Assembly: GCA_013815535.1 (NCBI GenBank)
Contig: JACDGC010000002.1
Location: forward strand, 1-54,102
From: Ktedonobacterales bacterium
Lineage (GTDB): Bacteria > Chloroflexota > Ktedonobacteria > Ktedonobacterales > JACDGC01
DNA length: 54,102 nucleotides
Direction of reading: 5' to 3'
Position numbers and translations under genes: made by a program. The notes beneath the pieces were generated by a model. That model made no database searches. It was not told the origin of the DNA and was given only the letters and a program-made list of their open reading frames with translations. The number at the start of each line of letters is the position of its first letter. Within the stretch, counting starts at the first letter, position 1. Positions 18,151 through 28,478 of the stretch are shown here, one piece after another.

Positions 18151-19509
18151 CTACCTCATACGCTGCTGTGTACACCAGACCTGCGCGACCATTTGGATCG
18201 GATCCCAAGGACTGCTCAGCGGCGGCGTATAACTGAGATCGAGGTCGCTGAGCTGCTCAATCCGCAGGTCCTGGTAGAGTGCGGTGGCGATGATATCGAT
18301 GCGCTTGGCCACTTCGCTGCCCCACGCCCCCAGGATTTGCGCGCCCAACACCCGCCCACTCATGCGATCGCCGGTGAGACGCAGCACCAGTTCCCGTGCG
18401 CCGGGATAGTAGACCTTGTGGTCCCAGGTCGTCAGATCCACCGAGAGTGGATCATAGCCCGCAGCCCGCGCCTCATGTTCCAGTAAGCCCGTGCGTGCCA
18501 CGACCACGTCACAGACTTTGACGGCCTGGGTCCCTACCGACCCCGCGAAGAGCCGATGGCCGCCGACCGCATTTTCCCCTGCGACGCGCCCCTGCTTGTG
18601 GGCGGTGGTCCCCAGGGGGAGATAGGTTGGCTCGGCCAAGAGCCGATGATGCGTCTCGACACAATCCCCGGCGGCGAAGACATCGGGCAGGGTCGTCGCC
18701 ATGGTGCGCGTGACGCGTAGCGCGCCGTCCGCACCCAGGGGGACGCCAGCGGCACGCGCCAGGGCCGTGGCGGGTTGCACGCCCGTCGCCACCAGCACCA
18801 ACTCTGCCGCCCAGCGTTGGTCAGCCTGCCCCACGACATGCAACTGGCCATCGTGCGGAACAATCTGGGTGGCGGTGGCCCCGGTGACGATCTGGACGCC
18901 ATGACGTCCCAATTCCGCCGCGATGCGGTCACCGAAAACCGCATCGACCGATGGGTGAATTTGGGCACCCCGTTGCAAGAGGGTCGTGGCGATGCCTTTG
19001 CTGGCGAGGGCTTCGGCCATCTCCAAGCCGATATACCCCGCTCCGACGATGATGGCGGACTGCGGAGGATGCTCTTCTAGGTGCCGCTTCACCGCGAAGC
19101 TGTCATCCATCGTGTGCAGCAGATAGACGCCCTCTTGATCGAGGCCCGCAATCGCGGGACGGTGGGGGGTCGCTCCGGTGCCGATGACGAGGCGATCATA
19201 GGCGATGGCCTGGGTGCCGCCCTGGCGATCCTGCACCGTGACGGTCTTGGCACCAGGGTCGATGTGGGTCGCCGTGTGGTCGAGCAACAAATGGATGCCC
19301 ACCGCTTCGATGTCCGCGCGGGTACGATGGGCCAGGTGGTGCCAGTCCGCGACCTCGCCACTCAAGAAATAGGGCAGACCGCAGATACTGAAATTAGGAT
19401 AGGCATCGGCGACGACCATGGTCACCTGCCAGGAAGCATCGACTTCGCGGGCACGCAGAGCGGCACTGATGCCCGCGTCACTGCCGCCGATGATGAGTAA
19501 ATGGGGCAC
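18151..19509 (-). CDS. CoA-disulfide reductase / NADH-oxidase-family pyridine nucleotide-disulfide oxidoreductase
   Basis: IIGGSDAGISAA FAD fold. Redox Cys in PNFSICGLPYF. Second Rossmann motif IVGAGYIGLEMAEA. C-terminal dimerisation domain. Confidence 0.85.
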   Translation of the reverse strand: MPHLLIIGGSDAGISAALRAREVDASWQVTMVVADAYPNFSICGLPYFLSGEVADWHHLAHRTRADIEAVGIHLLLDHTATHIDPGAKTVTVQDRQGGTQAIAYDRLVIGTGATPHRPAIAGLDQEGVYLLHTMDDSFAVKRHLEEHPPQSAIIVGAGYIGLEMAEALASKGIATTLLQRGAQIHPSVDAVFGDRIAAELGRHGVQIVTGATATQIVPHDGQLHVVGQADQRWAAELVLVATGVQPATALARAAGVPLGADGALRVTRTMATTLPDVFAAGDCVETHHRLLAEPTYLPLGTTAHKQGRVAGENAVGGHRLFAGSVGTQAVKVCDVVVARTGLLEHEARAAGYDPLSVDLTTWDHKVYYPGARELVLRLTGDRMSGRVLGAQILGAWGSEVAKRIDIIATALYQDLRIEQLSDLDLSYTPPLSSPWDPIQMVAQVWCTQQRMR

Positions 19510-20403
19510 TTACTGGACCTCACGGTGCTTGGCTTGCTGGGCCAACCAGGACCAGCAGGCGAAATAGAGGGCATCACGCACGGCACGAAATGCCCGGAGT
19601 TGTTCCATAGGACTGCCCACGACGGCAGCGGGGTCAGGGAAGCTCCAGTGTTCCCGCCGAGCTGGGCCGGGGAAGGTGGGACACGTTTCCGCCGCTTGAT
19701 CGCAGACGGTGATGACATAGTCAAAGGGGTGATGGAGGAATTCATCGACGGACTTGGAGCGGTGTCCGCGAATGTCGATGCCGCGCTCATCCATGACCGC
19801 GATGGCCAGCGGATGCACGTGGCTCGGATGCGTCCCCGCGCTGGCCACCTCGTAGCGCGTCCCTCCCAGATAGCGCAACCACGCCTCACCCATTTGTGAG
19901 CGGGCGGAATTACCCGTGCAGACGACCAAGATGCGGACATGGTCCGCATCGGTCGTTCCCAGGGCGGGTGGCGGGATGGCCTCGGTGGGGGAGGCTTGGC
20001 CCAGCCAGAGTCGTAGTCGCACCAGAATGAGGTCGCGTGTGTGGCGGAAGGCATTGAGCTTCGTCGCCTCGTCGCCCTGGACGCTGGTCGGGTCAGCGAA
20101 GCCCCAGTGCAGTTGCTCGCGCGCCCCGGCAAAGACCGGGCATTCCTCGGCGGCAGAGTCGCAGACCGTCACCACCACATCGAAGGGCTGCCCCTGATAG
20201 ACACTGAGGGCATGGCTGCCTTGCCCCGTAATGTCGATACCGAGTTCGGCCATGACCTGCACCGAGAGGGAATGGATGCCCGTCGGATGCGTGCCCGCGC
20301 TGAACGCGGTGTAGCGGTCGGGGGCCAGCCAATTGAGCAACCCTTGCGCCATTTGGGACCGGGCCGAATTGTGGGTGCAGAGAAAGAGGATCCGCTGGGT
20401 CAT
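19510..20403 (-). CDS. arsC: tandem (two-domain) LMW-PTP-type arsenate reductase
   Basis: Two complete repeats, each with CT(H/G)NSARSQ (CX5R) and TVCD..A.E.C. ATG 20403 overlaps the aquaporin stop. The long 5' extension of the track ORF is out of context. Confidence 0.85.
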   Translation of the reverse strand: MTQRILFLCTHNSARSQMAQGLLNWLAPDRYTAFSAGTHPTGIHSLSVQVMAELGIDITGQGSHALSVYQGQPFDVVVTVCDSAAEECPVFAGAREQLHWGFADPTSVQGDEATKLNAFRHTRDLILVRLRLWLGQASPTEAIPPPALGTTDADHVRILVVCTGNSARSQMGEAWLRYLGGTRYEVASAGTHPSHVHPLAIAVMDERGIDIRGHRSKSVDEFLHHPFDYVITVCDQAAETCPTFPGPARREHWSFPDPAAVVGSPMEQLRAFRAVRDALYFACWSWLAQQAKHREVQ

Positions 20404-21149
20404 GCTGTGCCTGCCTTTCCGTCTCCGCTGGCTACACGCAGCCAGCGATAGGTGAGCGCGGCAAGGGCCGCACCCAGAAAGGGCGCGGTGAGGTAGACCC
20501 ACAGTGCCGTCCAGGTGCCGCTCACCAACGCCGGTGCCAGCGAGCGCGCCGGATTCATCGACGCGCCGGAGATCGGTCCGGCGAAGAGGGCTTCCAGACC
20601 CACCGTCGCCCCGATGGCGAGGGCCGCCGCTTGCCCTACGGCGCGGGTGTCGGTCGCCACCGCCATGATGACAAACATCAGGAAGAAGGTCAGAATCACC
20701 TCGAAGCCGAACGCCTGCCAGGGATTGCCCACCGGAAGCGTCGTGCCCAGGAGCGCGACATTGCCCAGTAACAAGCGCAGTGCCCCCGCCGCCAGTGTTG
20801 CCCCGGCGAGTTGCGCGCCCCAGTAACTCAGTACGCGCGGCCAGGGCAGGTGGCGCGCCAGGGCAAAGCCGAGCGTTACGGCAGGATTGAAGTGCGCGCC
20901 GCTCAGATGTCCGGTCGCGTAGATCATCGCGGTGATAATGAGCCCAAAGACGATGCTCACCCCGACATGAGTCACCTGCCCATGCGAGAGGGTGTCGATC
21001 ATGATCGCTCCACACCCGGCGAAGACCAGGCCGAAGGTGCCAATCCCTTCCGCCACCAAAGCCGGGACCAGGGCAGGGAGCGGCGGTGAGGCGGTTTGCG
21101 CGTCATCCGCCTCTGGGGTGTGTGACCGAGCCAGCGTCGAAGCGGCCAT
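20400..21149 (-). CDS. MIP-family aquaporin/aquaglyceroporin (AqpS-like arsenite channel by context)
   Basis: Two NPA boxes ([18 protein letters not shown]) and six TM segments. ATG 21149. Confidence 0.85.
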   Translation of the reverse strand: MAASTLARSHTPEADDAQTASPPLPALVPALVAEGIGTFGLVFAGCGAIMIDTLSHGQVTHVGVSIVFGLIITAMIYATGHLSGAHFNPAVTLGFALARHLPWPRVLSYWGAQLAGATLAAGALRLLLGNVALLGTTLPVGNPWQAFGFEVILTFFLMFVIMAVATDTRAVGQAAALAIGATVGLEALFAGPISGASMNPARSLAPALVSGTWTALWVYLTAPFLGAALAALTYRWLRVASGDGKAGTA

Positions 21150-21199
21150 AGGACAGGAACTCCTTGGGAGAAAGGCCGTCGCCTTCCTTGTATATTTTT

Positions 21200-21217
21200 C
21201 ATCAAATGAGATTGATG
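21200..21217. promoter_or_regulatory. 6-6-6 inverted repeat CATCAA-ATGAGA-TTGATG upstream of the aquaporin-arsC operon (possible ArsR operator)
   Basis: Perfect 6-bp arms in the AT-rich intergenic region 21150-21284. Assignment is by context only. Confidence 0.25.
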
Positions 21218-21284
21218 GATTGCAGACAGAGCATACCTTACCTGCGCCCGTTTGTCGAGGGGCGCGTGACCGTGTCATCGCGGC

Positions 21285-21932
21285 TCAGCGGGGATGGGGG
21301 GGCCGGATGCCGGTGCGGGCATAGACCACATCACGCGCGATGTTGATGATGCGGTCGCCGATGCGTTCGAGATCGCGCACGACAAAGAGGATCGGGATGG
21401 CGGGCGCGATATGTTCAGCGTGAGCCGTCATCTCGGCTTGCAGCGAGGCCACCAATTGATGACGCAGGATATCCAGGTGGCGCTCACCCTCGTCGAGGTC
21501 GGTGAGGGTGGCGCCGTCCACCTGGGCGAGCAAGCGCATGCCCCCATGCATCTGGTCGCGCACCAGCCGCGTCATTTCCTGTACCAGCCCCATGAGTTCG
21601 GGGGTCAGGGTGTTGATGCCGGGCAGGTCGCGCGCGACGTGCAGGGCATAGTCCCCGATGCGTTCGCACTCGTCGGCGATGGCATACAGCGCCATCAAGT
21701 AGCGCAGGGCTGGTCCCAGGGGTGCCCAGTGTTCCAGCGCTTGCGCGATTTCGATTTGGATCTGAGCGCGGAGCTCGTTGACGCGCCCTTCCCACACGGG
21801 CACCTGGTCAGCGGCCTCGTGACGTCCCATCGTCGCACACGCCCGTGCCAGTTGGCCTTGTACTAGGGCCGCGAGTTGCAGGGTGTGTTCTTCGATGATC
21901 TGGGTTGCCTGGGTTAAGGTGTAGCGCGGCAT
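21285..21932 (-). CDS. phoU: PhoU-family phosphate signalling protein
   Basis: Two PhoU repeats (E..RIGD motifs ADECERIGDYA and RDLERIGDRIINIA). ATG 21932. Confidence 0.85.
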   Translation of the reverse strand: MPRYTLTQATQIIEEHTLQLAALVQGQLARACATMGRHEAADQVPVWEGRVNELRAQIQIEIAQALEHWAPLGPALRYLMALYAIADECERIGDYALHVARDLPGINTLTPELMGLVQEMTRLVRDQMHGGMRLLAQVDGATLTDLDEGERHLDILRHQLVASLQAEMTAHAEHIAPAIPILFVVRDLERIGDRIINIARDVVYARTGIRPPHPR

Positions 21933-21946
21933 CGCATCCCTCTTTC

Positions 21947-22687
21947 TCAGCGCGCGGACGCATCGACCAGGCACGCATGGGGACACGTGAAGCGATAGCC
22001 GACACCGCGCACCGTTTGGATGAGGAGCGGCGCGCTGGGGTTGGCTTCGATCTGCTCGCGCAGCCAACGCACATGCACATCGACCGTGCGGGAATCTCCC
22101 CCGTGGTCAGCGCCCCAGACGTGCTCGATAAGTTGGTTGCGGGTCAACACCCGGTCGCACTGCTGCATGAAGTAGACGAGCAGATCATACAAGCGACCCG
22201 CCAGGTTGAGTTCCTGCCCGTTGTGCCAGACACGGTGGGCATCGAGATCCACGCTGAGATCGTCCACGGTGATCGTGCCGCGACGAGGCGGCGGTGCGAT
22301 AGCCTCGGCGACCCCAGCCCGGCGGCGCAACTGCGTCTGGATGCGAATGCGGAGTTCCGCCCAACTGAAGGGCTTGGTGATGTAGTCATCGGCCCCCACT
22401 TCCAGGCCGACTAAGCGATCCGTCAGTTCGGTGCGGGCCGAGATGATGAGGATGGGCGTCACGCGCGTCGCTTCCCGTGCCCGCAGTTGTTTGCAGACTT
22501 CCAGCCCATCCAGTTTGGGCAGCATGAGGTCCAGCACGACTAACTGTGGCGTCACCTGGGTGGCGGCGATGAGGGCGCTCATGCCATCCGCAGCGGCGAT
22601 GACGCCGTAGCCCTCGCGTCGCAGCCGGGATGCGAGCAGATCACGGAGCGGGGCATCATCCTCGACCACTAAAATTGTGTCGCTCAT
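21947..22687 (-). CDS. OmpR/PhoB-family response regulator
   Basis: Receiver ILVVEDD...VVLDLMLPKLDG...ADDYITKPF plus a winged-helix C-terminus (TVDVHVRWLREQI, IQTVRGVGYRF). ATG 22687. Confidence 0.9.
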   Translation of the reverse strand: MSDTILVVEDDAPLRDLLASRLRREGYGVIAAADGMSALIAATQVTPQLVVLDLMLPKLDGLEVCKQLRAREATRVTPILIISARTELTDRLVGLEVGADDYITKPFSWAELRIRIQTQLRRRAGVAEAIAPPPRRGTITVDDLSVDLDAHRVWHNGQELNLAGRLYDLLVYFMQQCDRVLTRNQLIEHVWGADHGGDSRTVDVHVRWLREQIEANPSAPLLIQTVRGVGYRFTCPHACLVDASAR

Positions 22688-22718
22688 ACCAGACCCTCCC
22701 CGCCCATTCCTGGACGTC

Positions 22719-23537
22719 TTAGCCAAACCGTCCCGTGATGAAGTCTTCGGTGCGCTTGTCGCGGGGGCGCTCGAAGACCTCTTGCGTGGGACCAAACTCG
22801 ATCAGCGACCCCAGCAGGAAGAAACCGCTGTAGTGCGAGAGTCGTCCGGCCTGTTGCAGATTGTGGGTGACAATAGCGATGGTGTAGGTCTGCGCCAGGT
22901 CGCGCACCAGGTCTTCCACCTTGAGGGTGGCGACGGGGTCCAGTGCGGAGGTCGGCTCGTCAAGCAACAAGACTTCGGGTTCCACCGCCAGCGCCCGCGC
23001 GATGCACAGACGCTGCTGCTGGCCACCGGACAAACCGACCGCACTCTGGCGCAGGCGATCCTTCACTTCGTCCCACAGTGCGGCCTGGCGCAGACTGTGT
23101 TCCACCCGGTCGGCGATGGCCGCGTGCTTGAGACCCCCCTGCACCCGCACCGCGAAGGCGACATTCTCGAAGATGGATTTGGGAAAGACGACGGGTTTTT
23201 GGAAGATCATCCCCATCCGCTGACGCAACTGGACGATGTCGAGGCCGGGTCCCAAAATATCCTGTCCATCAAAGAGGACCTGCCCGGTAACCCGCGCGCT
23301 GGGGGTGCGATCATGCATGCGGTTGAGGGCGCGTAAGAAGGTCGATTTCCCGCTGCCTGACGGCCCCATCAGTGCCGTGACGCGCTTGGCGGGAATGGGC
23401 AACGTCACGTCCTTGAGGGCGTGGCTGTTCCCAAAAGAAACATTCAGGTGCTGCGCGTCGACAATGATGGGTTCGGTGGGCGCGGTCAGCACGGTCGGCG
23501 TGTGGGGCGTAGCAGGCAGGGCGGCGGGTGTCGTCAT
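22719..23537 (-). CDS. pstB: phosphate ABC transporter ATP-binding protein PstB (copy 2)
   Basis: [35 protein letters not shown]-terminal FITGRFG typical of PstB. Confidence 0.9.
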   Translation of the reverse strand: MTTPAALPATPHTPTVLTAPTEPIIVDAQHLNVSFGNSHALKDVTLPIPAKRVTALMGPSGSGKSTFLRALNRMHDRTPSARVTGQVLFDGQDILGPGLDIVQLRQRMGMIFQKPVVFPKSIFENVAFAVRVQGGLKHAAIADRVEHSLRQAALWDEVKDRLRQSAVGLSGGQQQRLCIARALAVEPEVLLLDEPTSALDPVATLKVEDLVRDLAQTYTIAIVTHNLQQAGRLSHYSGFFLLGSLIEFGPTQEVFERPRDKRTEDFITGRFG

Positions 23538-23557
23538 CAGGTGGTCCTCCCCGGCGA

Positions 23558-24313
23558 TCAGCCGAATCGTCCGGTAATGTAATCTTCGGTCTCTTTGTGT
23601 TGCGGGCGGGCGAAGACTTGCTCGGTCGGTCCCGCCTCGATGATGCGCCCCAGCAGGAAGAAGGCGGTCTGGTCCGCGATGCGGGTCGCCTGTTGCAGGT
23701 TGTGCGTCACGATGACCACGGTGTACTGCGCCTTGAGGTGGCGCACCAGATCCTCGACCTGTAAGGTCGAGAGGGGATCGAGCGCCGAGGTGGGTTCGTC
23801 GAGCAAGAGCACCTGCGGCTCCAACGCCAGGGCGCGGGCGATGCAGAGGCGCTGTTGCTGCCCCCCCGAGAGGCCTGCCGCCGGGTCATCCAGGCGATCC
23901 TTGACTTCGTCCCACAGGAAAGCCTGGTGCAAACTCTGCTGGACGCGTTCACGCAAGGCTTTGCCGCGGGCGATGCCATTGATTTGCAGGCCAATTGCCA
24001 CGTTTTCATAAATGCTGCGCGCCGGCAACACGTTCGGGCGTTGGAAGACCATGCCGATGTGCCGTCGCACGTACTGCGCCGTGATGCGCCCGCCATACAG
24101 ATTCACGTCATTGACCCGAATCTCGCCCGTCACGCGCGTGCCGGGGATTTCCTCGTGCATGCGGTTGAGCGTGCGGATGAAGGTCGATTTGCCACAGCCC
24201 GATGGCCCCATCAGCGCCGTCACCTGCTGGTTGGGCATGGTGAGGGTGATGTCGTGCAGGGCGTGATGTTTGCCATACCAGGCATTGACGTTGTGTGCCA
24301 CGATGCTTGTCAT
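23558..24313 (-). CDS. pstB: phosphate ABC transporter ATP-binding protein PstB (copy 1)
   Basis: [41 protein letters not shown]. Confidence 0.9.
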   Translation of the reverse strand: MTSIVAHNVNAWYGKHHALHDITLTMPNQQVTALMGPSGCGKSTFIRTLNRMHEEIPGTRVTGEIRVNDVNLYGGRITAQYVRRHIGMVFQRPNVLPARSIYENVAIGLQINGIARGKALRERVQQSLHQAFLWDEVKDRLDDPAAGLSGGQQQRLCIARALALEPQVLLLDEPTSALDPLSTLQVEDLVRHLKAQYTVVIVTHNLQQATRIADQTAFFLLGRIIEAGPTEQVFARPQHKETEDYITGRFG

Positions 24314-24316
24314 CGC

Positions 24317-25198
24317 TTACCTCACACTCTGGCGGAAGCCGCCGGTCGCCAGGCGCACCCCAAACGAGGTCAGCACCAACAGGATGATGAGGACGAACGC
24401 GCCCGCATACGCCTGATGGACCTGCACCGGGAAAGGACTCTGGGCGAAATTGTAGATCCGCAGCGGCAAGGCATCGATGGCGTGATTCAGGCCATCATTC
24501 CAAAAGGAATTGCCAAAGGCGGTGAGCAGCAGTGGCGCGGTCTCGCCCGCGATGCGCGTCAAAGCCAGCAATAGTCCCGTGATGAGACCTCGGCTGACCG
24601 AGGGGAGGATCACCTGTAAGAGCGTCCGCCATTCTGGCACACCCAGGGCCAGCGCCGCCTCGCGTAACTCCGTGGGGACCAGCCGCAGGATCTCTTCGGT
24701 GGTGCGGGTGACGATGGGGATCATGATGATGCCTAGCGCGACCCCACCCGCATACGCCGAGAAGCTGTGTGATGGCACGACGATGAGGACCCAGGCGAAC
24801 AGCCCAAAGATGATGGTGGGGATGCCCGTCAGCACGTCGATGAAGAAGCGCACGATCGTGGCGAAGTTCGAGGTCCGGCCAAACTCGGCCAGGTAGATGC
24901 CCGCAAAGAGGCCCAGCGGGATGCCGAAGAGCGAGGCGAGACCCAGCAAGACGAACGACCCCTGAATGGCGGGGCCAACGCCGCCGCCGCTCTGGCCTGG
25001 TGGCGGGGACAACTGGGTAAAAAAGTCGAGATTGATATACTGGCCGCCCTGGCCCAGGACGTAGAGGATGATGACCAGGAAGACGGCAATCGCGAAGAGG
25101 CTCGCGCTGGTCGTGAAGGCAATGGCCACCCCATTGACCACCGCGCGGCGCGTGGTGGCGGCGGTCTGGGGCGCGGCGAAGGGGAGGGGCGTGCTCAT
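24317..25198 (-). CDS. pstA: phosphate ABC transporter permease PstA
   Basis: Six-TM permease with an EAA-like loop (EAALALGVPEWRT). Overlaps the pstC stop (ATGA). Confidence 0.9.
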   Translation of the reverse strand: MSTPLPFAAPQTAATTRRAVVNGVAIAFTTSASLFAIAVFLVIILYVLGQGGQYINLDFFTQLSPPPGQSGGGVGPAIQGSFVLLGLASLFGIPLGLFAGIYLAEFGRTSNFATIVRFFIDVLTGIPTIIFGLFAWVLIVVPSHSFSAYAGGVALGIIMIPIVTRTTEEILRLVPTELREAALALGVPEWRTLLQVILPSVSRGLITGLLLALTRIAGETAPLLLTAFGNSFWNDGLNHAIDALPLRIYNFAQSPFPVQVHQAYAGAFVLIILLVLTSFGVRLATGGFRQSVR

Positions 25199-26202
25199 GC
25201 GACTAAGCCTCCGACACGGTGGTGTCGTCCCATGCGCGCGATCAAGAGCCGCGCCAAGACATTGACGATGAGCGTCATGACGATCAGGATCAACCCCGCT
25301 TCGATAACGGCCGAGCGGAACAGACCCGGGGTCGCCTCACCAAACTGGTTCGCGATAACACTGGGCAGGGTGTAGCCCGTCGCGAAGAGATCGGGCGAAA
25401 TTTTGTTGGCCTGGTTGCCGATGACCAGCGTCACGGCGATGGTTTCGCCGAGGGCCCGGCCCAAGGCCAAGATGACCCCGCCCGTGATGCCCACGCGCGC
25501 GAACGGCAAAATTGCGTAACGGACCACTTCCCAGCGGGTTGCGCCCAGCGCCAGCAGGGCCTCGCGCTGTTCATTGGGCACAATCTGCATCACTTCGCGT
25601 GCGATGGCGATGACCAGTGGCAGGATCATGACCGTCAGGATCATGCCTGCCGTCAACAAGCCAACGCCGCGTGGGGTGCCCACGAAGAAGGGCAGGAAGC
25701 CCAGATGGAGCTTGAGCCAGGGTTCGCCGCTGTGTTGCATCCAGGGGGCAAGCACCAGAAAGCCCCACAAGCCAAAGACGACGCTCGGCACCGTGGCGAG
25801 CAGGTCGGTGAAAAAGGCAAGTGATGTGCGGGCACGCCGGGGACAGAACTCCACCAGGAACACCGCTGCGCCGATGCCCAGGGGCGCCGCAAAAACGAGG
25901 GCGAAGACTGAGGTAACGATGGTCCCAAAGATCGCCGGCCCGACACCAAAGGAGTTGTGATCGGGATCGAAGGCCTGATTCGTCAGGAATTGCCAACCAA
26001 ACTGGTGGATGGTGGGCATGGAGCTGGCGAGGACGACCCAGAAGACGCCGGCGATGAGGGCGAGGACGGCGATGACGATCAGGAGGGTGCCATTTTGTAA
26101 GACGAAATCCCCCAGGGCCATGCCACGCACGGTGATGCGCGTGCGGCGGTGGGTGGTCGCGGCGGATGTGGCGGCCCCGGTGACGGAACGAACTTCATTC
26201 AT
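25195..26202 (-). CDS. pstC: phosphate ABC transporter permease PstC
   Basis: Permease with REALLALGATRWEV. Positioned between pstS and pstA. Confidence 0.9.
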   Translation of the reverse strand: MNEVRSVTGAATSAATTHRRTRITVRGMALGDFVLQNGTLLIVIAVLALIAGVFWVVLASSMPTIHQFGWQFLTNQAFDPDHNSFGVGPAIFGTIVTSVFALVFAAPLGIGAAVFLVEFCPRRARTSLAFFTDLLATVPSVVFGLWGFLVLAPWMQHSGEPWLKLHLGFLPFFVGTPRGVGLLTAGMILTVMILPLVIAIAREVMQIVPNEQREALLALGATRWEVVRYAILPFARVGITGGVILALGRALGETIAVTLVIGNQANKISPDLFATGYTLPSVIANQFGEATPGLFRSAVIEAGLILIVMTLIVNVLARLLIARMGRHHRVGGLVA

Positions 26203-26297
26203 AAGGGTTCCTTAGGACGAAGGGCGGGGTAAGCGGTGTCGCCACCGTTGCCCCGCCGTGAACACGGCCTTGCCATTGATGGCATGTCCGTCAACGT

Positions 26298-27419
26298 TTA
26301 GCCGAAGAGCCCTTTGTAGCAGGCGCTGCCGCCACACTGGAGCTTCTTGATCTGGGCCTCATCCTTGGTGGCGATGCTGGCCGGCAGCACAGCATAGTTC
26401 AACGCGTTGCTGTACTGCTGGCCGTCGTGGGTCATCCACCACAGCGTGTTGGCCAGATTCTGCCCCTTGGTGGAATCACTCTGGTTTTGGTAGACGATCA
26501 CCCACGAGAAGCCCGCGATGGGGTACGAAGCGGCCCCGGGGGCGTTGACGATGAAGAAGCGCAGGTCAGCGGGCACCGAAGCCGCGTTCTGCGCCAGGTA
26601 GTTATCCGCCGCGGCCTTGATGGCATCGAGCGTCGGGCCAACATAGGCATTGGCGGCGTTCTGCACCGTCGCGACGGGCAGGTTATTCACCGTGGCATAG
26701 CCCGCCTCGACGTAGCCGATGGCACCTGCCGTCTGCTTCGTGCTGGCGGTGACGCCATCATTGCCCTTGCTGCCCACCCCCACCGGCCAGTTGAGGGTCG
26801 TGCCGGAACCTGGACCAGCCTTCCAATCCGCGTTGACCGCTGAGAGATAAGCCGCGAAAATGCCCGTCGTGCCGCTGCCATCCGAGCGGTGCTCGACGGT
26901 GATCTTCTGATTCGGGAGGGTCACACCCGCATTGAGCGCCGCGATGGCGGCATCATTCCAGGTGGTGATTTTGCCCAGGAAGATCTGGGCGATGACATCA
27001 CCTGTCAGTTGCAGCTTCGTCACGCCCGCGAGGTTGTAGGTCATGGCGACCGCACCCAGCGTCACCGGGATGTGGAGGATCGGACCCTGCGTGCTCTTGG
27101 CCAGATCGGTATCTTTCATCGGGGCGTCGGTCGCGCCGAAATCCACCGTGCCAGCCAGCAACTGGGCGATGCCTGCGCCGGAACCAACGGACTGATAATT
27201 CACCTGGATGCCACACTTGGCGGCGGGGTACACCTGAAACTGTTTCGTGAAGAGCGGGTTGTCGAAGGTCGAGCCAGCGCCGGTCAACGAGGTCGGCGAG
27301 GGGCAAGCGACACCACCCGGCGTGCTCGATGCGGTACTGGATGAGCCACAGGCCGCTAGCAAGAGCGTCATGCCTACCAAGGCCAAGGCACCAAGCCGCG
27401 CGCGCGAGAACAAGGACAT
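26298..27419 (-). CDS. pstS: phosphate-binding lipoprotein PstS
   Basis: Lipobox LLLAAC. GAGSTF..P and SDGSGTT motifs of PstS. Confidence 0.9.
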   Translation of the reverse strand: MSLFSRARLGALALVGMTLLLAACGSSSTASSTPGGVACPSPTSLTGAGSTFDNPLFTKQFQVYPAAKCGIQVNYQSVGSGAGIAQLLAGTVDFGATDAPMKDTDLAKSTQGPILHIPVTLGAVAMTYNLAGVTKLQLTGDVIAQIFLGKITTWNDAAIAALNAGVTLPNQKITVEHRSDGSGTTGIFAAYLSAVNADWKAGPGSGTTLNWPVGVGSKGNDGVTASTKQTAGAIGYVEAGYATVNNLPVATVQNAANAYVGPTLDAIKAAADNYLAQNAASVPADLRFFIVNAPGAASYPIAGFSWVIVYQNQSDSTKGQNLANTLWWMTHDGQQYSNALNYAVLPASIATKDEAQIKKLQCGGSACYKGLFG

Positions 27420-27535
27420 GCGGATATTCCCTCCTCAGGAATGGGGAACGATACACCGTTTTCGGGGAGGCACCGCCGACCATCGCGGTGTTGCGGTGCG
27501 TCCATAAGCATTTGTAGAGTGCTAACAGAAAGCCC

Positions 27536-27564
27536 AGATTAAGCGAAGATAAAATTTAGATTAA
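27536..27564. promoter_or_regulatory. three phased direct repeats AGAT(T/A)AA (possible response-regulator / Pho-box-like site)
   Basis: AGATTAA 27536, AGATAAA 27546 and AGATTAA 27558, spaced 10-12 bp. They lie in the divergent intergenic region between pstS and the + strand regulator. Confidence 0.3.
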
Positions 27565-27711
27565 ATGACAAGCAGACACCGTCAGGCGAAAAATGGGGCG
27601 AAGCCCTTCACCGCTGCCCTTTCCTGGCTTTTTACGAGAGGCTGAGGGTTGGCGCGCATGGTATAAACAGATCAAGTTTATTTGATGGATATCGGACCTG
27701 GGGAGGGCGAT

Positions 27712-28416
27712 ATGGCCGAGCGCATCTTGCTTGTCGAAGATGACCCGACATTGCGCGCGACGCTGACCTACCGTTTACAGCACGAAGGCTACACGGTTGA
27801 AGCGGTAAGCGATGGCGATCGCGCCATCGACAGCGCCTGCAAAAAACCGCCCCAGCTCATCTTGCTCGACCTCATGTTGCCGGGTACCGACGGCCTCACC
27901 GTATGTCGCAAGCTGCGCGCGTGCTGCGCGCCCTCGCAGCGGATTCCGATCATCATGGTCACAGCGCGCGTCGAGGAGAGCGATATCGTGGTTGGGCTAG
28001 AGGCGGGGGCCGATGATTACGTCACCAAGCCCTTTAGCTGGATGGCACTGCGGGCGCGCATCCGGGCCCAGTTGCGCCGCACCCAAACAGAGGAGGCGGA
28101 CGAAGAAGAGAAATTGGGCAGTCTGGAGAGCACGGATGTGCATATCGATCTCGACGCCCACTCGGTCACCCGTGCCGGCATCCCCATCGATCTCACGAAT
28201 CGCCTCTTCGATCTGCTGGTCTACTTCGTGCGGCATCGGGGCATGGTGCTCACCCGTTCGCGGCTGTTGGAGCGCGTATGGGGCTTCGACTACTTGGGTG
28301 ATTCCAACACCGTCAATGTGCATGTGCATTGGCTGCGCGAGAAGCTGGCGGTGGACCCGACTGCCCCCAATCTCATTCAGACGGTGCGCGGCGTCGGCTA
28401 CCGCTTCCTGGGCTGA
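27712..28416 (+). CDS. OmpR/PhoB-family response regulator (paralog of 21947..22687)
   Basis: ILLVEDD...ILLDLMLPGTDG...ADDYVTKPF and a winged helix TVNVHVHWLREKL, IQTVRGVGYRF. ATG 27712. Confidence 0.9.
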   Translation: MAERILLVEDDPTLRATLTYRLQHEGYTVEAVSDGDRAIDSACKKPPQLILLDLMLPGTDGLTVCRKLRACCAPSQRIPIIMVTARVEESDIVVGLEAGADDYVTKPFSWMALRARIRAQLRRTQTEEADEEEKLGSLESTDVHIDLDAHSVTRAGIPIDLTNRLFDLLVYFVRHRGMVLTRSRLLERVWGFDYLGDSNTVNVHVHWLREKLAVDPTAPNLIQTVRGVGYRFLG

Positions 28417-28478
28417 CCTTGCCGCCCCCGGCCATGCCGCGATATACTCCACTGATACGAGCAAAGGATGAACCCCGC

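Noticed and set aside
20404-21015. Long 5' extension of track ORF 19510..21015, giving a 501-aa 'ArsC'.
   Set aside because: The extension overlaps the aquaporin gene in another frame and is Arg/Gly-rich. The ATG at 20403 gives a clean two-domain ArsC with an ATGA overlap to the aquaporin stop.
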